64,000 bases of DNA, from NCBI RefSeq assembly GCF_008831285.2, contig NC_045138.2, positions 29,760,001-29,824,000 of the forward strand, read 5' to 3'. This document shows, in pieces, positions 37,612 to 50,193 of this stretch (its first letter is position 1; every line of letters begins with the position of its first letter). The notes under the pieces are model-generated. The model had not been told where the DNA came from. It searched no databases and saw only the letters and a program-made list of their open reading frames with translations. Made by a program: the position numbers and the translations under genes. Source of the DNA: Nymphaea colorata. Lineage: Eukaryota.

Positions 37612-38779
37612 GGGCGCTGAAGAACGTTGCAGGAATTAGGTACCTCCGCTGCATGGAGAAAAGAAGATGTATGCTTGTTCTTCTTAGATACGCTGATCAA
37701 TGGTCTTCCTTCTTTCGATGAAGAAAACACAACAAAAAACTGAAGACACTTTCTGGCTTAAAAAGGTGCAGTGCAGACCAATATGAGACTTCCTAGCTTA
37801 TCCCACATTTTCTGCATAAAAAGCAGGTCCAAGAAAGACCAAAAGAAATGCATGATCCGTGATTCTCATAAATCTTGATTTGTTTTGGTAGGAGAAACTG
37901 CACAATCGAGCGCCCAAGAACCCAGCTTCTGCTATAGCAAATGGAACAAGAACAAGTTAGATGAGCACAAGACATGCTATTATTCCAATGTTTTTGTCAC
38001 ACGAATGCTCTCCACATGAACAAATTCCATCGATAGATTCATCTCCACCATGGGGATTCAAGCTGAAGGCTCTGGAAAGGGAGCGTCTACGAGCGCAATG
38101 CAACCGGAAGTTCTGATGGTTCAATGAAGGTAACGGATAAAGGATGCAAATAACAAAGAAAGAAGAAGTTGACTCAATCTCCATGCAAGAACATGTAACC
38201 GACAAAACTGAAGAAGATGAAAATGAAAGACTAGTCGTCAGCCTGGAAGAGCATCATCCCAGAGAGAGCAAGAGTCAGAGAGGGATGCGTGTATCCTTGA
38301 AATGACGGCGTGCGTTATTCTGCACTGATGCTCGATCGATCTGCTTCCCTGGTTCTGCAATAATGGATACAAGAATTATCAGAGAGAGAGAGTACTGCTG
38401 GTGACTGTAATAGGAAAGTTAAAACGAAAGGGTCAAAATCTCCCACGGGGCTTGGCTGAGCTCTGCAATTATCTCGAGCTTTTGATGAACTTGAGATCGG
38501 CGAGGCTCATTTTCAAGTGAACTAAAGCTTAAATATATCAATGCTCGGTTCATTTAGCTTCTCTACCAAGTTGAATTACCTTCTTGAGCAGACACATTGA
38601 AAAGCATAAAAAACCTTTCAAGATATTCAAAAATAATAAAAATAGGTATACATTTGACACCTTGGTATAATTGGCAAATGATCAGACTGCCTCTTGCCAC
38701 CAATTTGATTACAACTGACCAAGTTAGGCTGGTTCAAGTCAGTTTAGACTGATCATGTATATGTATACATATACATATA

Positions 38780-39075
38780 TAAGGCTGGGTATTGGGCCGG
38801 GCCATCGGCAAGTACCCGATACCCATGCCTGGTTAAAGGTACGGGCCGGCCTGAATGGGCCCGATAAGCTCCAATGAGCCTGATAATTTTTTTAATATTT
38901 TTTTATTTATATATATATATATATTATTTTATTACAATTAATTATATTTATATATTATTTTATGTTAAAAATATATTTTTTTAAATTTAATCCGGTTGGG
39001 CCCGAATCAAGCTCATGCTCCCGTTTTAATGGTCAGGCTGAACCCAAGTTCAGGCTCCAGGTGTCGAGCCGACCC
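38780..39075. mobile_element. hAT-like MITE with GGGCCGGGCC subterminal motifs; paralogue at ~51605-51870
   Basis: Starts taaggctgggtattgggccgggcc, AT-rich core, then gggcccga/cgagccga motifs. Confidence 0.55.
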
Positions 39076-40667
39076 TATGCCTACGTTTATTCCTACTCAG
39101 TAGCGCAAAAAGGTTGTCCCGCCACTCAACCAGTGAGTTGCCCAAGTAAGGTTGTCACGTCACTCGAACCAGTTAGTTGCCCACCTGGTGGCTGGCCTGA
39201 GCGGTGAGCCAAACTCCCTCGGGGCAATCTAATCGGATCTCTCTAACCATGCTTCAAGAAACTTAACTGTAATGCCTTAGTAATACTTGAAGAGATTCTA
39301 GGTAGGTGGTCTGCTGTTAGTTGTGCTTCAGCCACCAATATTTCCTGAATAATATGTTCTTTAAATCTTGCAACTCCAAGACCCTCAACCATGACACAAA
39401 GGTGAGGAAGAGAGAGAAAGAGAGCGCCAAAATGAAAATTCATTAAAAACAAAATGTGGTGATAAGATGTCACCCAACGGCCCGGCCCAGCGCCCAGCCT
39501 TAGGTAAATATATATACACACATGATCAACCTAGCTAAACTGGCTTGAACCAGCCTAACTTGGTCAGTTGTAATCAAATTGGTGGCAAGAGGCAGTCTGA
39601 TCATTTGCCAATTATACAAAGGTGTCAAATGTATATCTATTTTTACTGTTTTTTAATATCTAGAAAGGTTTTTTATGCTTTTCAATGTGTCTGCTCAAGA
39701 AGGCAACTAAACTTGTAGAGAAGCTAAAAGAACCGAGCATTCATATATTTAAGCTTTGGTTCACTTGAAAATGAGCCTTGCGATCTCAAGTTCATCAAAA
39801 GCTCGAGATAATTGCAGAGCTCAGCCAAGCGCCGTGGGAGATTTTGACCCTTTCGTTTTAACTTGCCTATTACAGTCACCAGCAGTACTCTCTCTCTCTG
39901 ATAATTCTTGTATCCATTATTGCAGAACCAGGGAGGCAGATCGATCGAGCATCAGTGCAGAATAACGCACGCCGTCATTTCAAGGATACACGCATCCCTC
40001 CCTGACTCTTGCTCTCTCTGGTATGATGCTCTTCCAGGCTGACCACTAGTCTTTCATTTTCATCTTCTTCAGTTTTGTCGGTTACATGTTCTTGCATGGA
40101 CATTGAGTCAACTTCTGCTTTCTTCGTTATTTGCATCCTTTACCCGTTACCTTCATTGAACCATCTGAACTTCCGGTTGCATTGTGCTCGTAGACGCTCC
40201 CTTTCCAAGTCTTCAGCTTGAATCCACATGGTGGAGGCGAATCCATCAATGGAATTTGTTCATGTGGAGAGCATTCTTGCGATAAGAACATTGGAATAAT
40301 AGTATGTCTTGTGCTCATCTAACTTGTTCTTGTTCGATTTGCTATAGAAGAAACTGGGTTCTTGGGTGCTCGATTGTGCAATTTCTCCAATCAAAACAAA
40401 TCAAGATTTATGAGAATCACGAACCATGCATTTCTTTTGGTCTTTCTTGGAGCTGCTTTTTATCCAGAAAATGTGGGATAAGCTAGGAAGTCTCATATTG
40501 GTCTGCACTGCACTTTTTTAAGCCACAGAGTGTCTTCAGTTTTTTGTTGTGTTTTCTTCATCGAAAGAATGAAGACTATTGATCAGCATATCTAAGAAGA
40601 ACAGGCATACATCTTCTTTTCTCCATGCAGCGGAGGTACCTAATTCCTGCAACGTTCTTCAGCGCCC

Positions 40668-41628
40668 ATGCCTCGGAGAAGAAAAAGGGCTACTCGAATC
40701 ACCGATCTCAAGGAGACCATCATGCTTAAAATTCTCAGGCATCTGGATCTCAAGTCCACGATAAGAACCTGCGCCGCGACAGGTCGGTGGAGGAGTCTGT
40801 TGCCCAAACTGCCGGCCCTGGAGTTCGACATCGCCGATTTCCCCGTTCCTTCGCTTCGCCGGTCGTTTCAGAAACAGGCCAGACGCAACTTTACTGAAGC
40901 AGTCACCCGTCTCCTGTCGATCCGGGATGGTCGGAAGCCGCTTGAACGTTTCAGCATTCCAGAATTCTGAGCATATGGGTATGGTTTAAATGTACTAGTC
41001 AACTGTCAACTCGCAAGAATTCAATCTAAAATCTTCTGAATTCTACATGCCTCCCGAATATTGGTAAGAGACCTAAGATCTCTCTCTATCACAAAAAAAG
41101 GAAAGCAATGAATCTTGGGGATTATGTATATTTTTCTTTATTTATAAAAAAAAATGCTGGTAGAAATTGAAATTCTGACAAAATATAGTATGGCAGATTA
41201 TAAATACACCATATGATCTTTCTCTTCAACATGTTATTTAATCATTGTCATTATCATGTCTGCCTCTTTCGTCCTGCATTTTGTATACTTGGAAACTGCA
41301 GATTTCTCTCTCTCTTTCTTATCTTGTTGCGTTACTTGGAAACAGATTGATTTCTGTCACTTGTCTTATTCTATTGTATACTTGGAAAGAGACCACTCTC
41401 TCTCTCTCCATCCCTCTCTCATGTTCTGTTGTATACTTGGAAACAGATACAATCTTCGAGATGCTCCAATCAAGCAGGAGATCAACTATTGGCTCAAGTC
41501 TTTTTCTCAGAGGTTAATGATCGAGGAAATCTGCATCAACGTTGACGCCGAATCCAAAGAGGAGTACAGGTTGAACTTCAATCAGTACGGCTGCACATCA
41601 CTGAGGGTGCTGCAACTCCGAGGCTGCC

Positions 41629-41630
<2 letters not shown>
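40668..41630 (+). pseudogene. F-box/LRR/FBD-like copy B (inverted, truncated)
   Basis: Same exon 1, but a ~100-bp deletion removes the intron-1 donor so the ORF ends ERFSIPEF*. Exon 2 breaks off at a (TA)n tract at 41631. Confidence 0.88.
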
Positions 41631-41685
<55 letters not shown>

Positions 41686-41687
<2 letters not shown>

Positions 41688-41865
41688 CCGTGAAAGCTCT
41701 TGCAGAGTTTATCCTCCTGTATATGGTAACTCTTTGTTCATTCTCGGGCCTCGGATACTAAGCACCCACTGCGGCTTGTGCATCGAAATACAGGACGAGT
41801 ACCTTACCTAATTGAACTACAAATTGGGCACCATGGAATCGAGGGAAAGAAAGTTGTTCAATATA
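41686..41865 (+). repeat. Duplicate of 52734-52910
   Basis: accg(t/c)gaaagctcttgcagagtttatc...gggaaagaaagttgttcaatata occurs in both. Confidence 0.85.
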
Positions 41866-42142
41866 CCACAATTAGGTAATGAGCATTAATGATCGCGAAG
41901 CGCATAATAGAGTCTCAAAGGGCATGATGACATCAATATATATGTTGTGTTAATCACACAATATAGTGAAATGGATAGGCATGATGAGGATACAACATCG
42001 TGTATGTTTGGTGCATAGTAAAATATGGTTCGGCCATGGAAATTTTAAAAACTGTGGATACAAGGATACAACATCGTGTATGTTTGTGTGTGGGTGTGTG
42101 TGTGTGTGTGTATGTGTGTATAGAAATGAAGCAAAATAGTTC

Positions 42143-43669
42143 ATAGGAGAAATATTTGGAAAGTGTTTGTACATTATAAATAACAGTACAGTGAATACTA
42201 TCTCTAACGCCAATGGTGGCCTTACGTAGACTAGAAAAGTTTCCAGAGATGGTAAATAATTTCTCATCTTTGCTTTATAAGTTTTTTCGTGGTATTAGAG
42301 CAAGGCTTGCTGAAAAAAGCTTATACCTCAATGAGGGCCTCCAGATTACCAAAAAGGATCATTGACTTCTATGATTTCTTCGTCAAAATAAGAACTAAAC
42401 CAGTTTTAAATAAGATCTTCCGTTGAAGACGAGGATGACCGTCACATAGCAGCATTAATGAAGGCACTAATGAAGCTGTTACAGGTTACGGATAATCAAA
42501 GAATGGTAACCGCCATGCAGCAGTCCACTGAATGCCATAGGGAAAAGAAAGATCTTTATTGTCACCGTTCCTTGTGTTTAGGAGAAATATTTTGAAAAGT
42601 GCTTCAAAATACATCATGATAACAGGGCGGTGCATAATATCAATAAGGCCCATGGTGACCTTCGGTGGGTAATGTAACACTCCAAAGTTAATCTAATCTT
42701 TACTTTTGTTTTATAACAGAAACAATTCATCATCTAGCGAATTCCTATTTCCTTCTTAAAAGTGCGTTTCAAAGGGAAACACCGAGCTTAGCACTCCTGA
42801 GAGCAATGGTGGGGCTTCCTGGCGTACCTTCCCGAACCCAACAAGTCACCCCAAGGGCTTGAGCTCATAGAAAGAGTGATGCCGATGAAAGTTGGAAGTG
42901 CAACCGCCTGCCCGGAGACATGGACTTACCCTTTTTTTTTTTTTGCTGTAGGTTCTGACTTCAAGCAAACTTTAATGAGCAGTAATGTTAACGGAAATTA
43001 AATTTGGTAAAACAAACATGAACATATCAGCCATCAAATCAGTCATTTTTCCAAAACAACATCTGAAGATATTCAATTTCAATTGCATGCCGTGATTATT
43101 CGTGTCTTATACCAAAAGTAGCCCTAGGGTCAGCACAAAGCAAACCTGGTGATGACCAAATCCTGATCGCTAACCAACTGGATGTCCTGCGCTATGCACA
43201 TCAGCAAAACGCATTTGGTAGCAGAGAAAAGTTTCTGCATTGCCTTAGAAGGTTACTCCTCATCATATCAGCTATATATCTTACCAATAATGACATTTAA
43301 CAACAGCAAGGCTGAGCACATCCCGCTGACCCACGTCTGAAAACCACATCCCGCTGACCCACGTCTGAAAACCAGACCGGGTCAGAGAAGGATTTCTCCC
43401 CAAAAAAATTTCCAAGTACCTTGTGACACCCTATCATTCAACGGTTTAGGTGCTTTAACCAAATCATCCCTTCCAATCAGTGTACTAAAGACCGTCGAAT
43501 AGAGACCCTGAGAACTAGGAATCAAGTCTCTAACCTGCCAAAAGAAACCCACCTATTTCTCCTCCAACAAAAACGAAGAACCAAGGATCTTTAAGTTGCT
43601 CAAACATCCCCTACCAACAATGCCAAAGGAAAAGGTTCGCTTTTTGCAAAATTCATGAACGTCTGAGAT
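42143..43669 (+). repeat. Direct duplicate of 62562-64000; the second copy runs off the window end
   Basis: Collinear from taggagaaatatttggaa to ttcatgaac.tct.agata; paired ORFs 42486-42680 and 62934-63125. Confidence 0.93.
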
Positions 43670-44549
43670 AGGATCATTTGGGAGATCTGATTAAACTATA
43701 TGACACACAGGTTGGACCACTTAATGGATCTATGAACCAGGTCTAAGCGATGGAGCAACATCACACAATCATGACCTGTTAATCCACAGACGTGAGAGAG
43801 CTCACACCTGACTCTTAACAATGAATCAACCCGTAGCCAAACCCAATAACAGAAATTTATGGGCAGATTTAGAGTTGACACAGACCTGGTCCGATCCCAC
43901 TCTTTGAAAGGTCTAGGGCAGTCTCCTTGACTGTGATCCACGACCTTCCCTTCTTGCTAAGCATCAAATTCATCGGCTAAACTGACCTACATGGCAAGAC
44001 AACCTCAAACTTGCAGTCAATATCAGAACGGTTGCACCATCAGAAACAAACATAAGTTACATGAGGGGGAGAGAGTTTTCTTTGATTGGGCGGTCAAGAT
44101 TTATCATTATATAAGATGACACAAGTCGTGACCTCTCACCGCCATGCGGAAGCCAACTATATCCCTCGAGAAGAACAAAAGAAACCCGAAGAATTTCACC
44201 AACAAATGTCTAACAGCTCCACTTAGGTTCTCTCTCACAAGGGAAGAGCTCAGGGGTTTTATCAAACAACAAGCGTGTGATTTCACAATTTGTGTGTGTG
44301 TGTGTGTGTCAGAGAGAGTGAGAGCAAGAGAGAAAGAGGGGGGCAAAAAGCTAAACCCCTGGCACGTATTAGGAGTACTCAGGTGATTGAGAATGTACAT
44401 GGACTCTCATTGAAACTTTTCTTGGCAGAAAAGGCCCCGTCCTAGATGGTATAAAAAATCAACCTCCCACACAACCCCCTACTTATGACACATGGCAGCA
44501 CGATATGTATATGAAAAAAAAAAAAAGAGTAGAGGAAAAACGATCGAAA

Positions 44550-46720
44550 TTATGATGCAGCCAAGAAGGAAACTTCGATCTCCTGCAAGGACTTCCCCTT
44601 GGTCTCCACTACGTTCCACTTCACGAACACCGCAGCTAAGATGCAGAAAAAAGCAAATATGGAGTACAAGACCTCAGCCCCAAGTTGCTCCAAAAGGCGT
44701 AGGAACTTAAAAATACCAAATCCTTAAAAACATCTTGTTCTCATTTCAAGATAAACTCACAAGGAACTTAAAAATGTAAAGTGGTCATCCAAAAGTGTAG
44801 CTTTTCTATTGAATGGTTCAATGACAGAGACCCAGATTTTCGTAATGATATTAGAAATTTTTGCCTGGTGACTAACAATTTGCATTACATAGAATCCAAA
44901 GATACGCATGTAACTGATAAACAGACGTCAAAAGCCAATTAGTAAAGCTTGTAACTGATACAACATTGAACCTATAGGGGAATGTTAGTAAATGAACTCG
45001 GAGAAATATGGAACATGCGTATAAGCCAATTAGTAAAGCTTGTAGCTGATACAACATTGAACCTATAAGGGAATGTAAGGGAACGAACTCGGAGAAATAT
45101 GGAAAAAAGTTCCTGTGTGCTTGCGGAACAAGACACCAGAAATTTTTATCCAAAAGCAAAATCTACCATTCCAAGGAAGCTTCCTAGAAGAAGCATCTTT
45201 CTCCCAAGTTTATCCATCAAAAGCATAGCAACAATTGAACCTGCACAAAAGAATACACAGGTTTTATAGATGAAGATGCAATCTGCCAGTTAATGTATTT
45301 CAAATAATGGATACTTGAAAGGAAATGCACTTTATATTTACCTGTCAAGTTGGATAAACCAACACAAACATTTGCAAGGTTCGAGGGTACACCAGCCCTT
45401 TTGAAAACAGCTGATGAAAAGTAAAAGACAGCATTTATCCCAGATAGCTGCTGTAATCCGAACAATATAGATCCAATCATCACAACTGTAAAGTGGAGAT
45501 ATCAGCACAGGGCGAACAAAATATGACTAAGCAACAAAGTTTCAGGCACGCTTGGAAAACGGCAAGCTCATGTTGCCAACTGAAAGTTCATGCAGTCATG
45601 TTTGACATTTGATCAAGAATGGGTATTAATGAAGAGAAATTGCATAAGGCATAAATTAGACAGGTCAACAAGTAGCGTATAGACCAACAACATGGAACAT
45701 TTTTCTTTGAAATAACTGCAAGGCATATGCCACTGCAACTCAAGTCTGCAGATGTCAGTGATTTCAGTAGAACAGACATATTCTCTGTAGCTGCAGGCAC
45801 GCTTGGAAAACCAATGGCACACAAGGATATTCGCTTGAATAAAATCAACAAACAGATTCCTAATTGAGATATAAAAAGACGAGAAAATCCATAGCAACTG
45901 AACCATGGAAATTCACCAAATAAAGGGGGATTGCCATGAATACCTTTGAAATGACGACCATAAAGCAACTCTGACAGCCTCACACTCTCAGCATCATCCC
46001 CCTTGTCTAAGCGTGACAATTCTGCAATTGCAAGTTTCACATGAGCTGCACTTAAGAGCCTCTCAAGCTCTGCTTCAGCTTCATTGCATCTCCCTTTCTG
46101 TATAGGATATCATATTAAGTCGCAGGAAACAAACTAATACAATCTGGAAATGAAGAACTTCTCAAATAAGCAAAGATAAATAACACAAATGGACCGAAAG
46201 AATTTTAACTACAAGGTTCAGCTTGTAAAGCCACAGGACTCTCGGCACAGAGTTCTATGCCAAGAGCTAATCTTGTAGCTGGGATGATAGATACCCAGAA
46301 ACAAAGCCGCCACCTAGACCAAATTGACATTAGATCAATAATTAAATTGAAGGAACATTTCATGAAACTGAAGTGAAAAAATTGTTTTCATTTGGTGGTT
46401 CAATAGAAAACAAGCTATCAATTATCTTACCATCCAGGAGTTTCTTTTGATGGAATTCCAATAAAAAGAGCCATTATGATACCAAGACATGTTGCAATCT
46501 GAATAAAGCTGTCATATGTGCCTCTGACAGAAGAGGGAGAAACCTGCGAAAATAAGTGAGCAAAGGATACATGTTATTAAGGTAAGCTATAATAGCTACA
46601 GAAATGAACATCATTTATACCTCAGTAACATAAAGAGAAGCCACAGCTGGACCCAGTCCCATCCCTATACCAACGAAAAATCATCCAAGAAGCATACCAT
46701 CCAAACGTGGTGTTGTTGCA
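44550..46720 (-). pseudogene. Plastidic glucose transporter-like (pGlcT2/SGB1-type MFS sugar porter) pseudogene, 3' half only. Exon remnants ~46720-46621, 46543-46431, 46314-46223, 46097-45944, 45485-45342, 45241-45167, 44705-44550
   Basis: GMLLG*FFVGIGMGLGPAVASLYVTE|VSPSSVRGTYDSFIQIATCLG..|WRLCFW..AESP(frameshift)WLYK|..LSELLYGRHFK|..LQQLSGINAVFYFSS..|..LMDKLGRKMLLLGSFLGM|..FLRLLEQLG..VETKGKSLQEIE. Premature stop, frameshift, a lost GT donor, and missing N-terminal and late TM exons. Confidence 0.9.
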
Positions 46721-47342
46721 CTGCAATGAAAATGAAACCTCCCAGAAAACACTAAGGTTGGGATGAAAATCGGCGCCCTCAACGGAAAGGAAGATTGACG
46801 TGAACGCGGACGGAAGCCACGGGGCTCGCACTGCAAGGTTTCGTTCGGGCAAATGAGGCTGTGAATGGATCGGGTTGTTCAAAGGTACTCGATCCAGGTA
46901 CCATCACTCGGATCAATCTCTAGACCGGGGCTCTCATTTGGACCGGATTCGTTTTTTTCGCTCAAATTGGATTCTCTTCGGGTTCGTCGGGCTTTTGCCT
47001 TTTGAAGTTGCTTCGATCAATACTCAAATGAAACCCAATCGCTTCTCTCTCCCCGATATAAGAAAGAATCTGGGGACTAACTCAGAAAAAATCTTCGTTC
47101 AAACCGATCAAGAACTGGATCTTTCTCCACATTTTGAGCGCAAGGTTAATGGAAGATTTGATGAATATACAACAGAAAAAGGAAGCTTGCGTTTGAGCTA
47201 ATCACGTGAATGGGAGCAGTAAAAGATCTAGGAGCAACAACGTCGAAAACGAAAACCTAAAAAACAAAAGGGACCAGATCAGACTATCGATTGATCGGAA
47301 GAGTCTACATGTTGGGGGGTTGGAGTAGTTTAGTTTGGCTTT

Positions 47343-50193
47343 TCAATCAAGTTCCCAGCCGGGGAATTCCAGTAGCACGGTGGGACGGTCCGGCCGGGTT
47401 ACCCGATGTTCCTCCACCGCCAGCGTCAATCGAACCACAAGATCCCAGGAGCGCCGCGCTTCCGCCGACGGGCTGATGATTATGGACGTCAGTCCCGGCG
47501 CCGCCTTGAGGAAGTACCGGACGAGCTCCTCGTCCCTTTGATAGCCTCCATACCTCTGCACAGTCAACGTCCTCAAATGAGCGAGTGCAACTCTGGCCTT
47601 CCTTAGCACGAACCGTGGATCCGTTCCGTCCTCCCAGGGGTTCATCTCGAACTGATAAATACAAAAAAGGAAAAAGCAGATGAAACCCGGTGTTAAACCA
47701 ATATTATTTTATTTTGAGATTGGTGTTTCAAGTATCTTTATTTTGTGGCGTCCGTCAAAATTAAAATGAAAGAGAGACAAAGCAAGGGAGGCCTCCAAAT
47801 GAAACTAGTTTTTAACTCATTAATTCTCTCTCTAAAAAAGTTTTGTGCATGAAACCTAATTTTGGGAATATGGGTTGCAAATCATGTTCTTTCTTACTTG
47901 ATATCAATATAAAAATGCTTTCAACATATGATCGAAATTTAGAAAATAAACTATTAACCGATTGTATTTCTCTCCCACTAATGAATCCGTCGCCAAAATT
48001 TGAAGTAATCACCAAATAACACTTTCAACTTGATAAACTAATCTGTATGAATCACATCTCATTCAGGTTAGGAACAAAAGGAAACAAAGAATAAATGAAA
48101 ATACAGAACTAATAAGATTAATGTGCAAATAGAATTCCTAACACATGTATGCATGTATATACATACCTCGATTTGGAAGTCACTAGATTCTTTATTGTGC
48201 ATTTCAAAAATTTGGTTCATATTTTCAGATACGTAGGTTTACCAGCCAAGATGGGAACTTGTTCGTTTTCATTGATAATAATTGGATTCAGATTCGATTC
48301 AGAAACTCAACTTTAATGCTTCTCATATTCGAACAACGTTCGAGAAGTGTGCCAAGCCCGCGTAACTCCTCTACTGTGAGCCTTGCTCCATGCACCACCA
48401 TTTCCTCCACACCGGATAAGTGGTTCCGGAACTCCGGCAACAGGTACAGATGGCACCACCTCCCGATAACCTTCCATGAAAGGGAAATCAACAACAGACA
48501 AGTACAGAATAAATACATAGACGATTGAATTCATTCATATATACATCGCAATTTGATTGAAGCTATACGTAAGTATGAACTCCACATGAAACGAGAATGA
48601 ATTAAAGAGCAACCGATGCAATAATGAAGTTGGTAAGGATCAAATATGATCTTTGCAGCTTGGAATTAATGCAGAGAAACTCAGAGAAATGGAATTGCAG
48701 AGACAAGCAACAAACGCACGATAAGTGTTCTCGCGGTGAGGATCAGCAAGCGAACAACACGAAGGCGTGGAAATGCATAGGTGATGATGAATTTTCTGCG
48801 CATCAGCATCGACGGATGTAGAGGATTGATGTCCAGTCGAGCAGTTGGCCTTTCCTCGTGGGAGAGACGGAGAACGTCTTCGACCTCCTCCAAGACCAAG
48901 TTGGGCATGTTGAATTCGAAGGGAGGAGGGCCCCTGAGGAAGAACTTGCGCAGGTGTGGAGCCTCCACGGGGAGTTCCGCGCCGAGGCACGAACAGTCGG
49001 AAATGGAGAGGGTGTGGAGCAGGGGGAGGTCGCGAAGCAGGGACTGGAGAAAGAGGAAGGTGACGTGGGAGTTGGCTATGGCGAGAGTGGTGAGGGAGGG
49101 GAAGTCCATGGAGGAGCAGTGCTGATTGAAGCGGCAGCGTCGGAGTTGCAGCACCCTCAGTGATGTGCAGCCGTACTGATTGAAGTTCAACCTGTACTCC
49201 TCTTTGGATTCGGCGTCAACGTCGATGCAGATTTCCTCGATCATTAACCTCTGAGAAAAAGACTTGAGCCAATAGTTGATCTCCTGCTTGATTGGAGCAT
49301 CTCGAAGATTGTATCTGTTTCCAAGTATACAACAGAACATGAGAGAGGGATGGAGAGAGAGAGAGAGTGGTCTCTTTGCAAGTATACAATAGAATAAGAC
49401 AAGTGACAGAAATCAATCTGTTTCCAAGTAACGCAACAAGATAAGAAAGAGAGAGAGAAATCTGCAGTTTCCAAGTATACAAAATGCAGGACGAAAGAGG
49501 CAGACATGATAATGACAATGATTAAATAACATGTTGAAGAGAAAGATCATATGGTGTATTTATAATCTGCCATACTATATTTTGACAGAATTTCAATCTC
49601 TACCAGCATTTTTTTTATAAATAAAGAAAAAGATACATAATCCCCAAGATTCATTGCTTTCTTCTTTTTGTGATAGAGAGAGATCTTAGGTCTCTTACCA
49701 ATATTCGGGAGGCATGTAGAATTCAGAAGATTTTAGATTGAATTCTTGCCAGTTAACAGTTGAGCAGTACATTTAAACCATACCCTTATGCTCAGAATTC
49801 TGGAAAAGTACCTTTTAATTGATTAAATTTTGTAGTGAAACTGCACTAAGAAATTCTGCAGCGGCGTTGCATCCGATTCCTAGCTAGCTACAAAATTTAC
49901 CTAATGCTGAAACGTTCAAGCGGCTTCCGACCATCTCGGATCGACAGGAGACGGGTGACTGCTTCAGTAAAGTTGCGTCTGGCCTGTTTCTGAAACGACC
50001 GGCGAAGCGAAGGAACGGGGAAATCGGCGAGGTCGAACTCCAGGGCCGGCAGTTTGGGCAACAGCCTCCTCCACCGACTTGTCGCGGCGCAGGTTCTTAT
50101 CGTGGACTTGAGATCCAGATGCCTGAGAATTTTAAGCATGATGGTTTCCTTGAGATCGGTGATTCGAGTAGCCCTTTTTCTTCTCCGAGGCAT
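47343..50193 (-). CDS. F-box/LRR/FBD-like gene copy C, the most intact copy. Putative exons 50193-49901, 49314-48720, 48470-48288(stop); FBD-like exon 47651-47343
   Basis: Exons 1-3 join in frame through GT-AG sites (~356 aa). An in-frame TGA after FLNRI precedes the FBD-like exon unless an earlier donor is used, so coding status is uncertain. Confidence 0.6.

Larger units (their letters stand above)
34267..39473 (+). repeat. Direct segmental duplicate of 46739-52206
   Basis: Collinear high identity from ctcccagaaaacactaagg to aagatgtcacc, with paired ORFs in both intervals and several indels. Confidence 0.95.
36747..41630. repeat. Large imperfect inverted repeat: arms ~36747-38806 and ~39475-41630, spacer ~670 bp
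   Basis: Mirror ORFs (37315-37611 - vs 40668-40970 +; 37793-37975 - vs 40304-40486 +); upstream regions are reverse complements. Confidence 0.95.

Noticed and set aside
46526..46545. miR156-like sequence tgacagaagagggagaaac (target-like site on the transporter strand)
   Set aside because: Only the first 11 nt match contiguously, several mismatches follow, there is no hairpin partner, and it is explained by the codons for VSPSSV.
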